A stretch of DNA of 64,000 nucleotides from an uncultured Christensenellaceae bacterium (GTDB lineage: Bacteria > Bacillota > Clostridia > Christensenellales > UBA3700), in the NCBI GenBank assembly GCA_944380305.1, contig CALWHF010000004.1, positions 42,844 through 106,843 of the forward strand, given 5' to 3'. The notes under the pieces were generated by a model, which saw only the letters and a program-made list of their open reading frames with translations, made no database searches and was not told the DNA's origin. Positions 1 through 9,843 of the stretch are shown here, piece after piece. The position numbers were made by a program, and so were the translations under genes. Position 1 is the first letter of the stretch; every line of letters starts with the position of its first letter.

Positions 1-20
1 TATCCAGTCATAATATTGCT

Positions 21-55
21 AAAATCCCGCAAAAATATAACCTTGTGGGATTTTT
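21..55 (+). terminator. Rho-independent terminator-like hairpin, probably ending a + strand gene upstream of the window
   Basis: Arms AAAATCCCGCAA (21-32) and TTGTGGGATTTT (43-54, one G-U pair) with a 10-nt loop. The 3' arm runs into a T5 tract. Confidence 0.5.
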
Positions 56-832
56 ACTACATATTAGACGGAAACTTGGAACAATCGCCCCGACACTCTC
101 GTTTTGATTGAAAAATTGTTTGAAAACTCAGATTTAATTTTGAAAAGCCGGCAAACGATTTTATTTGCAGTCGGATATTGGTGCTGATGTCGGTGATTTG
201 ACGGAGTATTTTTTTTGAAATGTTTTATAGTGATGTGTTAAGCTAAAATCTATTCACAAAATGGTTTTTATTTTTTATGCCATTCATCGCTTGTCGACAC
301 ATTTTTCGTTTGATCGTCCGACGTGTTTCAGATTTTTTTCGGGTTTGCCGTATGCTGCCGTTGCCTTCAGAGCAGAGGCGGTTTCGTTTGCCCCGCGGTA
401 TGTTGCGTATGTCAGGACAGTCGCTTTTTGCATATCCGATATTTCGATGTTTCGTTCGGGTTTTGCCGCTTGTGTCTTTTTATGCTCGTTTGAACGGGAC
501 GTTTTTATGGCTGCCTGTGAACATTGCAGCATTGATATTTTAGCTGTAGATATATTGGCAGAGTGTCGGTTGAACTTTGTCAGATTTCCCGTGGATAAAG
601 ATTATAGATGTCTGTTATTCGTTACGAGTCGATATTTTATGGAATTTTTGATGTTTTTTCTTGAATGCTATGGCGGACGGTCGACTATGTTTGTGCTTTT
701 TTATTGACGGATTATATGCTCCGCGATCTGAGTCGTTTCAAATTTTTATATCCTGAAAATACTTCGCTTTGAAGATAGCACCGTGTTTTGCCGTTACTAG
801 ATTCAGTATATTTATTTATTTTATTAAAATAT

Positions 833-861
833 TTTACATTTGTTGCCCGATATGTTATCAT
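833..861 (+). promoter_or_regulatory. Sigma-A-like promoter upstream of yggS
   Basis: TTTACA (833-838), 17-nt spacer, TATCAT (856-861) preceded by TGT. An AAGGTGA Shine-Dalgarno and the ATG at 881 follow. Confidence 0.4.
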
Positions 862-880
862 ATAGCTGTAAGGTGAAAAA

Positions 881-1573
881 ATGTTGGACTTAAGCGTTGT
901 CGAGAGCAATATTCTAAAATTCAAAGAAGAAGTAAATAAGTTGGCGGGTAACGCGGGCAGAGACGTAAAAATAGTCGCCGCTACTAAGACTCAACCCAAG
1001 GAACTTATCGAGTTTATTGCAAAAAAGTCGTTGTTAACCGACGTCGGCGAAAACCGAGTACAGGAATTCGTTGAAAAATACGACGACGCTCTGGGGCTGA
1101 ATTATCATATCATTGGTCAGCTTCAGACCAACAAAGTCAAGTATATTGCGGGAAAGATCGCGCTCGTGCATTCGCTCGACAGATACGCGCTCGCTGACGA
1201 AATAGAGAAGCAGTCGGCAAAGAGAAACATTGTCACGGACTGTCTGGTTGAGATCAATATGGGCAGCGAACTGAGCAAGGGCGGCGTCGATCCCGACGCT
1301 TTATTCGCATTTGTAGACGGGCTCAGGAAATATCCGCATATCGCAGTAAAGGGCATTATGAGCGTAATGCCAAACGTAGAGATAAGCGCGCTGACAGCGT
1401 ACTATAAAAAATTCGCTTCGCTCTTCGGAGAGCTGAAAAAATCGGCGGGAGGAAATATATCTGCCGAAATATGTTCGTGCGGCATGTCGGGCGATTACGC
1501 GCCCGCGATAGAATACGGCGGTTCGAACATGGTCAGACCCGGCAGGATACTGTTCGGGGAAAGAAACTATTGA
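881..1573 (+). CDS. yggS: YggS/YlmE-family pyridoxal-phosphate homeostasis protein
   Basis: 230 aa. Contains GENRVQE and IGQLQTNKVKYI motifs typical of the YggS alanine-racemase-fold family. Sits directly upstream of sepF, as ylmE does in Bacillus. Confidence 0.85.
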   Translation: MLDLSVVESNILKFKEEVNKLAGNAGRDVKIVAATKTQPKELIEFIAKKSLLTDVGENRVQEFVEKYDDALGLNYHIIGQLQTNKVKYIAGKIALVHSLDRYALADEIEKQSAKRNIVTDCLVEINMGSELSKGGVDPDALFAFVDGLRKYPHIAVKGIMSVMPNVEISALTAYYKKFASLFGELKKSAGGNISAEICSCGMSGDYAPAIEYGGSNMVRPGRILFGERNY

Positions 1574-1585
1574 GGAGTTCAGGGT

Positions 1586-2419
1586 ATGGACGACAACGAC
1601 AGAAGAAGATTCAACAGAGACGAAAACGACTATTACACAAATAACAGTCGCAGGATCCCGACGCCGCCGCGCAGTTACGGCGCGCCGTCTCAGGGTATGC
1701 GCAGAGATTACGGCGTTCCTCGCGACGGCGGGCAAAGCTCGTTTCCGCAGAGGCCGTCTTCTTCGGTCCCGCAAGGAAGTCAGCCTGCGCAGAGACCGTA
1801 CGACAGACCCGTTTCTCAGCAGGGTGTTCATGGCGGATACGGACAGTACGGCAACGCTCCGCGCGCACCGTATTCTCAGCCGTCTCCGTACGGTTCTTAC
1901 GGTCAGCCGCAGGCTCCTTCTTATCCGCAGGGCGGCTATCAGCAGCAAGGCGGATACCCTCCCGTAAACGGGGCTTCGCAGGGCTATCAGGGCATGCCGC
2001 AGCAGGGCGGTTTCGTTCCTCCGCAACCGCAGTACGTCCAGAATTACGACGAAAGGGATATTTCGTACGAAAACGTACAGGCTCAGCCCGCGGAGAAGAA
2101 AAAACGCGGTCTGTTCGGTTTCGGCAAGCAGAAAAAAGAGGAATTCGATCCTGCGAATATGGGCAACGTGATAATCACCGAGCCGAGGACGTACGACGAC
2201 GTGCGCGTCATTATCGACGGTCTGAGAAAGAGGCAGGCGATAATAATCGACCTTTCAAAGGTGTCGGATAAGGATTCGCAAAGGATACTCGATTTCTTGA
2301 GCGGTGCGATATACGCTCTTGGCGGCGCGCAGCAGAGGATCAACGATCATATGTTCCTGTTCACGCCCGAAGGCGTAATGATACAGGGACCCGCGTCTTT
2401 GCGCAATAAATACAGATAA
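1586..2419 (+). CDS. sepF: Cell division protein SepF with a long low-complexity N-terminal extension
   Basis: The C-terminal ~90 aa (VIITEPRTYDDVRVIIDGLRKRQAIIIDLSKV...FLSGAIYALGG...FLFTP) match the SepF core. The N-terminal ~170 aa are P/Q/G/Y-rich. Confidence 0.8.
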   Translation: MDDNDRRRFNRDENDYYTNNSRRIPTPPRSYGAPSQGMRRDYGVPRDGGQSSFPQRPSSSVPQGSQPAQRPYDRPVSQQGVHGGYGQYGNAPRAPYSQPSPYGSYGQPQAPSYPQGGYQQQGGYPPVNGASQGYQGMPQQGGFVPPQPQYVQNYDERDISYENVQAQPAEKKKRGLFGFGKQKKEEFDPANMGNVIITEPRTYDDVRVIIDGLRKRQAIIIDLSKVSDKDSQRILDFLSGAIYALGGAQQRINDHMFLFTPEGVMIQGPASLRNKYR

Positions 2420-2436
2420 AAGGGCGATTTGCGGCT

Positions 2437-3237
2437 ATGACGGACAGAATCAGGAAATATAAAGTCTATATATGCGAAGTGCTGCTTTTTGCGGCCCTTC
2501 TCGCGGTAGATCTCATATCCAAGAGCGCGGCTTTCGATTTTCTCGGAAGTCAAGGCGGGAGCTACGTCGTTTTCGACGGTATTTACGAGCTCGTCGAAGT
2601 GCACAACGACGGCGCGTCTTTCGGCATTTTCAGTGGTCAGACTGCCGTTCTCAGCATATTCACGGCAATCGCTATGGCTGTTCTCGGAGCGGTTTTATTG
2701 TGGAGACCGAAGTCGCCCAGGCTTTTCAGGCTGGGGGTTATTGCGATAATTGCGGGCGGCGTAGGCAATCTCGTGGACAGGCTCGCATTCGGTTACGTCC
2801 GCGATTTTATCGATTATAAATTCCTCGAAACTTTCTTCGGGATAAAGAATTTCGGGGTCGGAAACGTCGCTGACATATTCGTGCTCGTAGGGTTGCTTTG
2901 CATAGTCGTATACGTCTTTTTCGGATACAAAGAGGGCGATTTTGCCAAAGAACCGCACCATTCGGATACGCTTCCCGACGCGCTCGTGGTAAACGAAGGA
3001 GAAGAGAAAAAAGACAAGAAAAAAGAAGAGAAGGAAGGCGTCGTCTCGTTTGTCGACGAAAGCGTGAACGGGGGTTCTGCAGCCGTCGAAGAGAAGCCAT
3101 CTGTTGAAAACAACGAGGCAGACATTGTTTCGGAAAACGTTCAGACGAAAAAAGGTCAGAAACCCGCAAAATCGCGTCGTAATTCTGCCTCAAACGACCG
3201 CGGGAGATCCGCTGCGGCGAAGGACGGGGTCAGATGA
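2437..3237 (+). CDS. lspA: Lipoprotein signal peptidase II with a ~100-aa charged C-terminal extension
   Basis: GNLVDRLAFGYVRDFIDY and NVADIF motifs plus 4 hydrophobic helices. Followed by rluD, as in Bacillus. Confidence 0.85.
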   Translation: MTDRIRKYKVYICEVLLFAALLAVDLISKSAAFDFLGSQGGSYVVFDGIYELVEVHNDGASFGIFSGQTAVLSIFTAIAMAVLGAVLLWRPKSPRLFRLGVIAIIAGGVGNLVDRLAFGYVRDFIDYKFLETFFGIKNFGVGNVADIFVLVGLLCIVVYVFFGYKEGDFAKEPHHSDTLPDALVVNEGEEKKDKKKEEKEGVVSFVDESVNGGSAAVEEKPSVENNEADIVSENVQTKKGQKPAKSRRNSASNDRGRSAAAKDGVR

Positions 3238-4148
3238 ACGGCGATTCCGTGGTGACGGCTAGCGCATGTTCGGCGGGAAGGCTCGACAATTTCGTGTCGA
3301 CGGCGGCAGAATGTACCCGTTCGCACGCCAAAACGCTTATTGAGGCCGGAAACGTCTCCGTCAACGGCGTCAAGGTCGCGAAAAGCGGTTTTTCTCTCAA
3401 GGTCGGAGATTTTGTCGAGATAGTAAATCCCGCGCCGAAAGAATTGAATCTGGAGCCTGAAAACATACCGATAGACATAGTCTGGCAGGACGACGACTTT
3501 GCCGTGGTCAACAAACCGCAGGGCATGGTCGTGCATCCCGCTCCCGGCGCGTACGATCACACTCTGGTCAACGCGCTTTTGTATTCGCTGTCTTCCTTGA
3601 GCGGCATAAACGGTGTCGCGAGACCGGGGATAGTACACAGGCTCGACAAGGATACTTCGGGACTTCTCGTTGTCGCGAAAAACGATTTCGCGCATGCCTC
3701 TTTGCAAAAGCAGATCGCAGAGAAAAGCGCGAAACGCTATTATTACGCGCTCGTTGACGGGGTGGTGGAGAAGGATAGCGGGGAGATACGCAATTTCCTG
3801 GCGAGGAGCACGTCTGACAGGAAAAAATACGCCGTTGCCAGAGACGGAAGACTCGCAGTGACTTTGTACAGGGTCGCAGAGAGGTTTTCCGCGTATACTC
3901 TCGTCGAGTACGAGCTGAAGACGGGCAGGACGCACCAGATAAGGGTGCATTCGCGCTATATCGGTCATCCCGTGGTAGGAGACAGGACGTACGGGGGCAG
4001 CGACAAATTCGGGCTGAACGGTCAGCTGTTGCATGCGTATAAGCTCGTGTTGAGGCATCCTAGGACGGACGAAGAGATGACGTTTACCGCGCCGCTGCCA
4101 GAGTACTTCGAAAGAGTACTTGCGGAATTGAGAGCGAAAAAAGGCTGA
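3234..4148 (+). CDS. rluD: 23S rRNA pseudouridine synthase, RluA/RluD family
   Basis: N-terminal S4-like domain, catalytic HRLDKDTSGLLVVAK motif and TGRTHQIRVH motif. ATGA overlap with lspA. Confidence 0.9.
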   Translation: MNGDSVVTASACSAGRLDNFVSTAAECTRSHAKTLIEAGNVSVNGVKVAKSGFSLKVGDFVEIVNPAPKELNLEPENIPIDIVWQDDDFAVVNKPQGMVVHPAPGAYDHTLVNALLYSLSSLSGINGVARPGIVHRLDKDTSGLLVVAKNDFAHASLQKQIAEKSAKRYYYALVDGVVEKDSGEIRNFLARSTSDRKKYAVARDGRLAVTLYRVAERFSAYTLVEYELKTGRTHQIRVHSRYIGHPVVGDRTYGGSDKFGLNGQLLHAYKLVLRHPRTDEEMTFTAPLPEYFERVLAELRAKKG

Positions 4149-4206
4149 AACATTGCGTAGCGATACGGTTGAATGCTATGGAATATAAAATGTTGAATTT
4201 TCGGAT

Positions 4207-4232
4207 AAAGACGGCAAATCGCCGTCTTTTTT
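4207..4232 (+). terminator. Rho-independent terminator after rluD
   Basis: AAAGACGGC (4207-4215) pairs with GCCGTCTTT (4221-4229). The stem is followed by a T-run. Confidence 0.75.
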
Positions 4233-4487
4233 GCTCTTTATGCCGGTTGTGACGAAAGTGGTCAAATATACCGAGCGGAAAAACTCGGAAACGATTTTGA
4301 ACCTAGCTGACCGACGGCTTCGAAACGAACTGACCGACGGCAGCGAGATACGCCGTTAAGAAACATGGAGCGCGGTTTTCAAACGCAGTGAAATAATGTG
4401 GGTCGTTGTGCCGTTTGGTAGCGCAGACAAAAAGTATTTTTTTGCCGTATACGCTAACGTGCGATGAAACTGGTTTTTACCGTTTGT

Positions 4488-6215
4488 TCAATCTTTTTGC
4501 AGATATTCTTTGTGCTCGTCGGCAACGACTGTCGCGCTGTTGTAAACGGTGTAGAGCACCATGCCTGGCTTGCCCGACGGATGGCGTTTGAGATTGCGGC
4601 GGAAAGTGTAGTCGCATACCGTTTTTGTTCCCGTTTGCGCCTGGGAATGGAAACAAGCTATCTCGCACGCAGTCAGTATAACGTCGTCGGGGATAGATCT
4701 GCCTTCGGCGAATACGATGACGTGCGAGCCGTGCACGTCTTTGGCATGCAGCCACAGGTCTCCGCCGTTTGCCAGTTTGAAGGTCAGTTTGTCGTTCTGA
4801 AGGTTGTTTTTGCCCACCGCAACTGTGAATCCGTTTACATCGTAGAAATACGGTTGCGCGGCTTTCGTGCGGGTCTTGTTGCGTCTTCCCGATGGTTTCA
4901 TCGCGCCTGCCGATATGAGTTCCGCTTCGACCTCGGCGATCTCGTCGTCGGTAGAGCAAGTCTCTATAGACGGTTCTATGCTGAGCAGATATTCCAGTTC
5001 GTCTTCGGTCTGTTTAATCTGTTCTCCGACGACTTCGAGCGTACGTTTCTGTTTTGCGTACTTTTTGAAATACTGCTGAGCGTTCTGCTGAGGGGTCAGC
5101 CTTTCGTCGAGAGGTATCGTAACGTCTTGCATGTTTTCGTCGTAATAATCCTGAACGGTAGCCGATCTGTCGCCGCGTTTAATTCTGTAAAGGTTTGCGG
5201 TTATAAGCTCGCCGTATTTTTTATTGCGGTCCGATCCCGACGCTTCGCTGAGTCGTTGACGGCACTTTTCCAGTCGTTTTCTCAGCTTAGTCACCGCGGA
5301 GGAATGAGCTTTTTTCAGGTGCTTGGAGTGTTCGTTCCGCCTGTATTTTTCGTCCTTTTTGCCTATACATTTTTCTATCGCTTTGCTGAGAGTGTCGGCA
5401 GACACGAAAGAAAGAGAGGATGATTTATAAGGAAAAACGAAATAATCGTCTTCGACGCCGTCGACGAGACTGCAGCACGGTTCGTATGCGTCGTGTTTAT
5501 TGACGTCGAGCAGAAGTTCGAGCACGCGCACCGCGGCTTTGATCCCGTCTTCGTCGGGCTTTGACGCGTTGTCTATTCCCGCGATATACAGCCATTCTTT
5601 TGCCGTAGCGACCGAAAATCCCGAGATCGCCGACATCACGAAACCGCATAGATCGCTGCCGTTGTAGTTTTTCAGCGCGTCGGCAACCTGAGCGGCATCC
5701 GTGCAAGGTATCTTGTTTCTCGGCGGCAGTTCGTAGCGTACCGAAGGAAGAAGGCAACGCTTTGTCGCCGTGTCGTAAGACGCCTGCTTGAGAGTATCTT
5801 TTATTATGCCGTTCGAGTCAACGAGCAGAACGTTGCTGTATCTTCCCATGGTTTCGGCTATGAGAGAATAGGTGACCTCGTCGCGCAGTTCGTTGCGGGC
5901 TGTGATCGAAAAACAGAATATGCGGTCGTTGCCGAGCATGGAAACGCCGTTTATTACGCCTCCTGCGAGGCATTTTCTCAGGCGCATGCAAAATGCGGGT
6001 GCGGTGAGAGGGTTGGTCTTTCTGTTATCGGACAGGTGTATTCTCGGGTTCTGCGCGTTTGCCGAGACGGCGAGGAGCAGATTTGCGCCGCCCTTGCGGA
6101 TGTGGATGTTTATCTCGTCGTTTTCGGGCATGCTTATCTTGTCGATCTTGCCGCCCGACAGAGCGGAGTCGAGTTCTTTGCATAGCGCGTTGAGCGTAAT
6201 GAAATCGTTTGGCAT
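4488..6215 (-). CDS. rqcH: NFACT-family ribosome quality-control protein (RqcH / fibronectin-binding protein A homolog)
   Basis: 575 aa. NFACT-N-like N-terminus (MPNDFITLNALCKELDSAL..GGKIDKI), a coiled-coil middle region and a C-terminal NFACT-R-like WLHAKDVHGSHVIV motif. This is the only clear minus-strand gene. Confidence 0.85.
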   Translation of the reverse strand: MPNDFITLNALCKELDSALSGGKIDKISMPENDEINIHIRKGGANLLLAVSANAQNPRIHLSDNRKTNPLTAPAFCMRLRKCLAGGVINGVSMLGNDRIFCFSITARNELRDEVTYSLIAETMGRYSNVLLVDSNGIIKDTLKQASYDTATKRCLLPSVRYELPPRNKIPCTDAAQVADALKNYNGSDLCGFVMSAISGFSVATAKEWLYIAGIDNASKPDEDGIKAAVRVLELLLDVNKHDAYEPCCSLVDGVEDDYFVFPYKSSSLSFVSADTLSKAIEKCIGKKDEKYRRNEHSKHLKKAHSSAVTKLRKRLEKCRQRLSEASGSDRNKKYGELITANLYRIKRGDRSATVQDYYDENMQDVTIPLDERLTPQQNAQQYFKKYAKQKRTLEVVGEQIKQTEDELEYLLSIEPSIETCSTDDEIAEVEAELISAGAMKPSGRRNKTRTKAAQPYFYDVNGFTVAVGKNNLQNDKLTFKLANGGDLWLHAKDVHGSHVIVFAEGRSIPDDVILTACEIACFHSQAQTGTKTVCDYTFRRNLKRHPSGKPGMVLYTVYNSATVVADEHKEYLQKD

Positions 6216-6285
6216 ATGTCCTCTTGGAGTCCCCCGAACGGGACAGCATTATTATAAAATATTTATAAAACATTTGCAATAGTAA

Positions 6286-6314
6286 TTGCAATAAATCGTC
6301 GGTTGTGGTAAAAT
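6286..6314 (+). promoter_or_regulatory. Sigma-A-like promoter upstream of tig
   Basis: TTGCAA (6286-6291), 17-nt spacer, TAAAAT (6309-6314) with an upstream TGg (extended -10). Confidence 0.5.
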
Positions 6315-6368
6315 TATTTCACTGTGTAAAAAAACAAATCGAAAAATTTTCAAAGTGAGGATATAAAA

Positions 6369-7655
6369 ATGAACTACACAAAAGAACTTCTTGAAAAGGA
6401 CCGCGTAAAGTTTACCGTAGAGGTCAGCGAAGAAGAGTGGAAGAACGCTCTTACCAAGGCTTACGAAAAGAATAAGGGCAAGTTCCAGATAGAGGGATTC
6501 CGCAAGGGTAAAGTTCCCCGCAAGGTCATCGAGAACATGTACGGCATCGGCGTATTTTTCGACGACGCGTTGGATATAATCCTGCCTGAAACGTACACCG
6601 AAGTCCTCGACAAGGAAAGCGAGCTTTTCCCCGTTGACAGACCCGAGGTGGATATACTCGCTATAAGCGACAGCACGCTCAAATACACCGCTACCGTTCA
6701 GCTGCGTCCCACCGTTACGCTCGGCGCGTACACCGGTCTCGACTTCGAGAAGAAGAGCACCGAGGTCAGCGACGAAGAGGTCGAGGCGGAGATCAAAAAG
6801 GATCTCGAGAACGCAGGCAGCTGGGAACCCGTAGGCGACAGAGCCGTAGAGAACGGCGACAAGTGCGTCATCGATTTCAGCGGCAGCGTTGACGGCGTCA
6901 AGTTCGACGGCGGCACGGCTAAGGATTACACGATCGTTCTCGGCAGCGGTTCGTTCATCCCCGGTTTCGAGGAGCAGATGGTCGGCATGAAGGCGGGCGA
7001 GACCAAAGTCGTAAAGGTCAAGTTCCCCGACGATTATCACGCTGAAAATCTCGCGGGCAAGGATGCGGAATTCGAAGTCGTACTGCACAGCGCGACCGTA
7101 AAGAACGTTCCCGCGCTCGACAACGAGACCGTCAAGGACATCTCCGAGTTCGACACCGTTGACGACTACAAGAAGAGCGTCAAGGACAGACTCGCTGCTA
7201 AGAAGAACGAAGAGGCGGATTTCGCTCTCGATCAGGCTATCATCGAAAAGATCGCCGAGGGCGCGCAGGTCGAAGTTCCCGAGTGCATGATAAACGACGA
7301 GGCAGAGGACATGCTGAGAGAGTTCGAGTACAGAGTGATGTACAGCGGCGGCAGCCCCGAACAGTTCTACAAGATGAGCGGTCAGACAAGAGAGAACGTG
7401 CTGAACACCTACAAGACCGGCGCGGCTAAGAACGTCAGACTCAGACTCGTGATGCAGGAGATCATCAAGGTCGCGAACATCACCGTCAGCGACGAAGAGA
7501 TCGAAAAGGATATAGAGAAATCCGCAGAAGAGGCGGCTATGGCGGTCGACGAGTTCAAGAAGAACCTCAGCGACGAGCACAGAAATTATATCAAAAATTC
7601 TCTGCTTACCAAAAAGACGTTCGAATTTCTCAAGAACAGCAACAATATAAAATAA
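6369..7655 (+). CDS. tig: Trigger factor
   Basis: 428 aa. GFRKGKVPRKV ribosome-binding signature and an FKBP-type PPIase segment. tig-clpP-clpX synteny. Confidence 0.95.
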   Translation: MNYTKELLEKDRVKFTVEVSEEEWKNALTKAYEKNKGKFQIEGFRKGKVPRKVIENMYGIGVFFDDALDIILPETYTEVLDKESELFPVDRPEVDILAISDSTLKYTATVQLRPTVTLGAYTGLDFEKKSTEVSDEEVEAEIKKDLENAGSWEPVGDRAVENGDKCVIDFSGSVDGVKFDGGTAKDYTIVLGSGSFIPGFEEQMVGMKAGETKVVKVKFPDDYHAENLAGKDAEFEVVLHSATVKNVPALDNETVKDISEFDTVDDYKKSVKDRLAAKKNEEADFALDQAIIEKIAEGAQVEVPECMINDEAEDMLREFEYRVMYSGGSPEQFYKMSGQTRENVLNTYKTGAAKNVRLRLVMQEIIKVANITVSDEEIEKDIEKSAEEAAMAVDEFKKNLSDEHRNYIKNSLLTKKTFEFLKNSNNIK

Positions 7656-7739
7656 TTGCGGCATTTTCGCAAATTTCCTCCGCGCACTTCGCGGGGGAGA
7701 CGGAAATTCGTTGAGACTAAATATCAGGAGGATTTGAAT

Positions 7740-8339
7740 ATGAAAAAGGACGAAATAGTCAAGAATAACATATACGTCATAGACAAAGTTGACGGGGGAG
7801 AAAGGCAGTACGACATATATTCGAGACTGCTCGAGGACAGAATAATCTTTCTAACGGACGAAATCAACGATTATACGGCAAATCTCGTGGTGGCACAGCT
7901 GATATTTCTCGAGGCTAAGGACAGCGAGAAGGATATCTGCATATATATAAACAGCCCGGGCGGAAGCGTCAGCGCGGGTCTTGCCATCTACGACACGATG
8001 AAATACATCAAGTGCGATGTCAGCACCATCTGCATAGGCATGGCTGCGTCCATGGGCGCGTTCCTGCTCGCGGCAGGTACAAAAGGCAAGAGATACGCGC
8101 TGCCCAACAGCGAGATCATGATTCACCAGCCTCTCGGAGGCGCGCAGGGTCAGGCGTCCGATGTCGAGATCATGGCGAACCACCTCAAGAAGACCAAGGA
8201 TAAGCTCACCAGAATTTTGGCGGAAAACTGCAATCAGCCGTACGACAAGGTTCTCGAAGACACGGACAGAGACAATTTCCTTAGTCCCGAAGAGGCTCTC
8301 GAGTACGGTCTCATCGACCAGATCTATTATAAGAGGTAA
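7740..8339 (+). CDS. clpP: ATP-dependent Clp protease proteolytic subunit
   Basis: Start chosen at ATG 7740, after a CAGGAGGA Shine-Dalgarno. Motifs [20 protein letters not shown] (catalytic Ser) and IMIHQPLGG (catalytic His) are present. Confidence 0.95.
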   Translation: MKKDEIVKNNIYVIDKVDGGERQYDIYSRLLEDRIIFLTDEINDYTANLVVAQLIFLEAKDSEKDICIYINSPGGSVSAGLAIYDTMKYIKCDVSTICIGMAASMGAFLLAAGTKGKRYALPNSEIMIHQPLGGAQGQASDVEIMANHLKKTKDKLTRILAENCNQPYDKVLEDTDRDNFLSPEEALEYGLIDQIYYKR

Positions 8340-8341
8340 TC

Positions 8342-9583
8342 ATGGAGCGTAACAAAGAAATCAATAAGTGTTCTTTCTGCGGCAGAGGCGAAGGCGAAGT
8401 CGAGAAGATATTTTCGGGGCCCAACGGCGTGAATATCTGTAACGAATGCGTCGAGTTCTGCTATGAGCTTATGGAGCAGGAGTTTACCTCTCCGATAGGC
8501 GGCGCAGAGAAGAAACACGCGATAAAAGTGCCCACGCCGCACGAGATAAAGGCTCAGCTCGACGAGTATATCGTCGGACAGGACCAGGCGAAAAAGGTTC
8601 TCTCGGTCGCGGTGTACAATCACTACAAGAGGCTGAATTGCGAGGCTAAAGGCGACGTGGAGCTCGAGAAGAGCAACGTGTTGCTGCTCGGTCCCACGGG
8701 CTGCGGCAAAACTTTGCTTGCGAGCACACTCGCAAAGATCCTCGACGTGCCGTTCGTGGTCGCGGACGCAACGTCTCTTACCGAGGCGGGTTACGTCGGC
8801 GAAGACGTCGAAAACATCCTGCTCAAGCTGATAAAGAAAGCCGATTACGACATCAAGCGCGCCGAAGTAGGCATAATCTATATCGACGAGATAGACAAGA
8901 TCGCAAAGAAGGGCGAGAACGTCTCGATAACCCGCGACGTTTCGGGCGAGGGCGTTCAGCAGGCACTCCTCAAGATAATCGAGAGTACCGTAGCGAACGT
9001 GCCGCCCAACGGAGGAAGAAAACATCCGCAACAGGAGTGTATACAGATCAATACGAGAAATATCCTGTTTATATGCGGAGGAGCTTTCGTCGGTCTCGAG
9101 AAGATAATCGAAAAGCGCATGCAGGGCGCGGCACTCGGTTTCGGTGCGGAGATCAAGAATACGAAGACTTCGACCTACGGCGAGATATGTAACGAGATAC
9201 GTCCCGACGACCTGATAAAATTCGGTCTGATACCCGAATTCGTCGGCAGACTTCCGGTAGTCGTATCGATCAACGCGCTCGACGAAAAGGCACTCGTCAG
9301 CATACTCAAAGAGCCTAAAAACGCATTGACAAAGCAGTATACTTCGATGTTTGCCGATGACGGGGTAGAGCTCGAATTCGAGGATGACGCGCTGTTTGAG
9401 ATAGCAGGCAAAGCCGTCAGGATGAAGACGGGAGCCCGCGGACTCAAGTCGATCATGGAAAATCTTATGCTTGACGTTATGTACGATGTCCCCAGCGACA
9501 AATCGATAGAAAAAGTCGTGATAACGGGCGATTGCGTACTCGGCAAAGAAAAACCCGTGATAATCCGCCGCAAAACGGCGTAA
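8342..9583 (+). CDS. clpX: ATP-dependent Clp protease ATP-binding subunit ClpX
   Basis: N-terminal Cys4 zinc finger (CSFCGR...CNEC), Walker A GPTGCGKT, Walker [10 protein letters not shown], and an IPEFVGRLP motif. Confidence 0.95.
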   Translation: MERNKEINKCSFCGRGEGEVEKIFSGPNGVNICNECVEFCYELMEQEFTSPIGGAEKKHAIKVPTPHEIKAQLDEYIVGQDQAKKVLSVAVYNHYKRLNCEAKGDVELEKSNVLLLGPTGCGKTLLASTLAKILDVPFVVADATSLTEAGYVGEDVENILLKLIKKADYDIKRAEVGIIYIDEIDKIAKKGENVSITRDVSGEGVQQALLKIIESTVANVPPNGGRKHPQQECIQINTRNILFICGGAFVGLEKIIEKRMQGAALGFGAEIKNTKTSTYGEICNEIRPDDLIKFGLIPEFVGRLPVVVSINALDEKALVSILKEPKNALTKQYTSMFADDGVELEFEDDALFEIAGKAVRMKTGARGLKSIMENLMLDVMYDVPSDKSIEKVVITGDCVLGKEKPVIIRRKTA

Positions 9584-9592
9584 AGACGAAAC

Positions 9593-9618
9593 GGCAGGCT
9601 TTTTTGCCTGCCTTTTTT
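9593..9618 (+). terminator. Rho-independent terminator after clpX
   Basis: GGCAGGC (9593-9599), T6 loop, GCCTGCC (9606-9612), then TTTTTT. Confidence 0.8.
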
Positions 9619-9843
9619 GTCGGTGTAACGCGTCCGATGATCGCAAACCGCGCCGCGGCACGATTCTGCGATAGTCCAGAAACGGTCCGGGACGCGGGCG
9701 CGACGCAAAATTCGGGATAAAGCCGCTCTGGTAACGGCGCGGGAGAGTCGGGCAAACTTAGCCAGCCGCGACAGCGAGACAAACGCGGGCAGGGAGAGTC
9801 AGCGGAACCGTTCAAAAGAAACAAAGGTAAAGGAGAAGAGGAT

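Noticed and set aside
261-707. A 148-aa + strand ORF and an 82-aa - strand ORF (284-532) in the leading non-coding region.
   Set aside because: The + ORF is Phe/Cys-rich nonsense-like sequence with no Shine-Dalgarno. The - ORF uses A-ending and TCA codons that are atypical of this genome and has no Shine-Dalgarno. I could not support either as a gene.
4307-4341. The direct repeat CTGACCGACGGC (4307-4318 and 4330-4341) in the rluD/rqcH convergent gap.
   Set aside because: It is a single short duplication with no associated ORF, inverted repeat or known motif. It is probably incidental.
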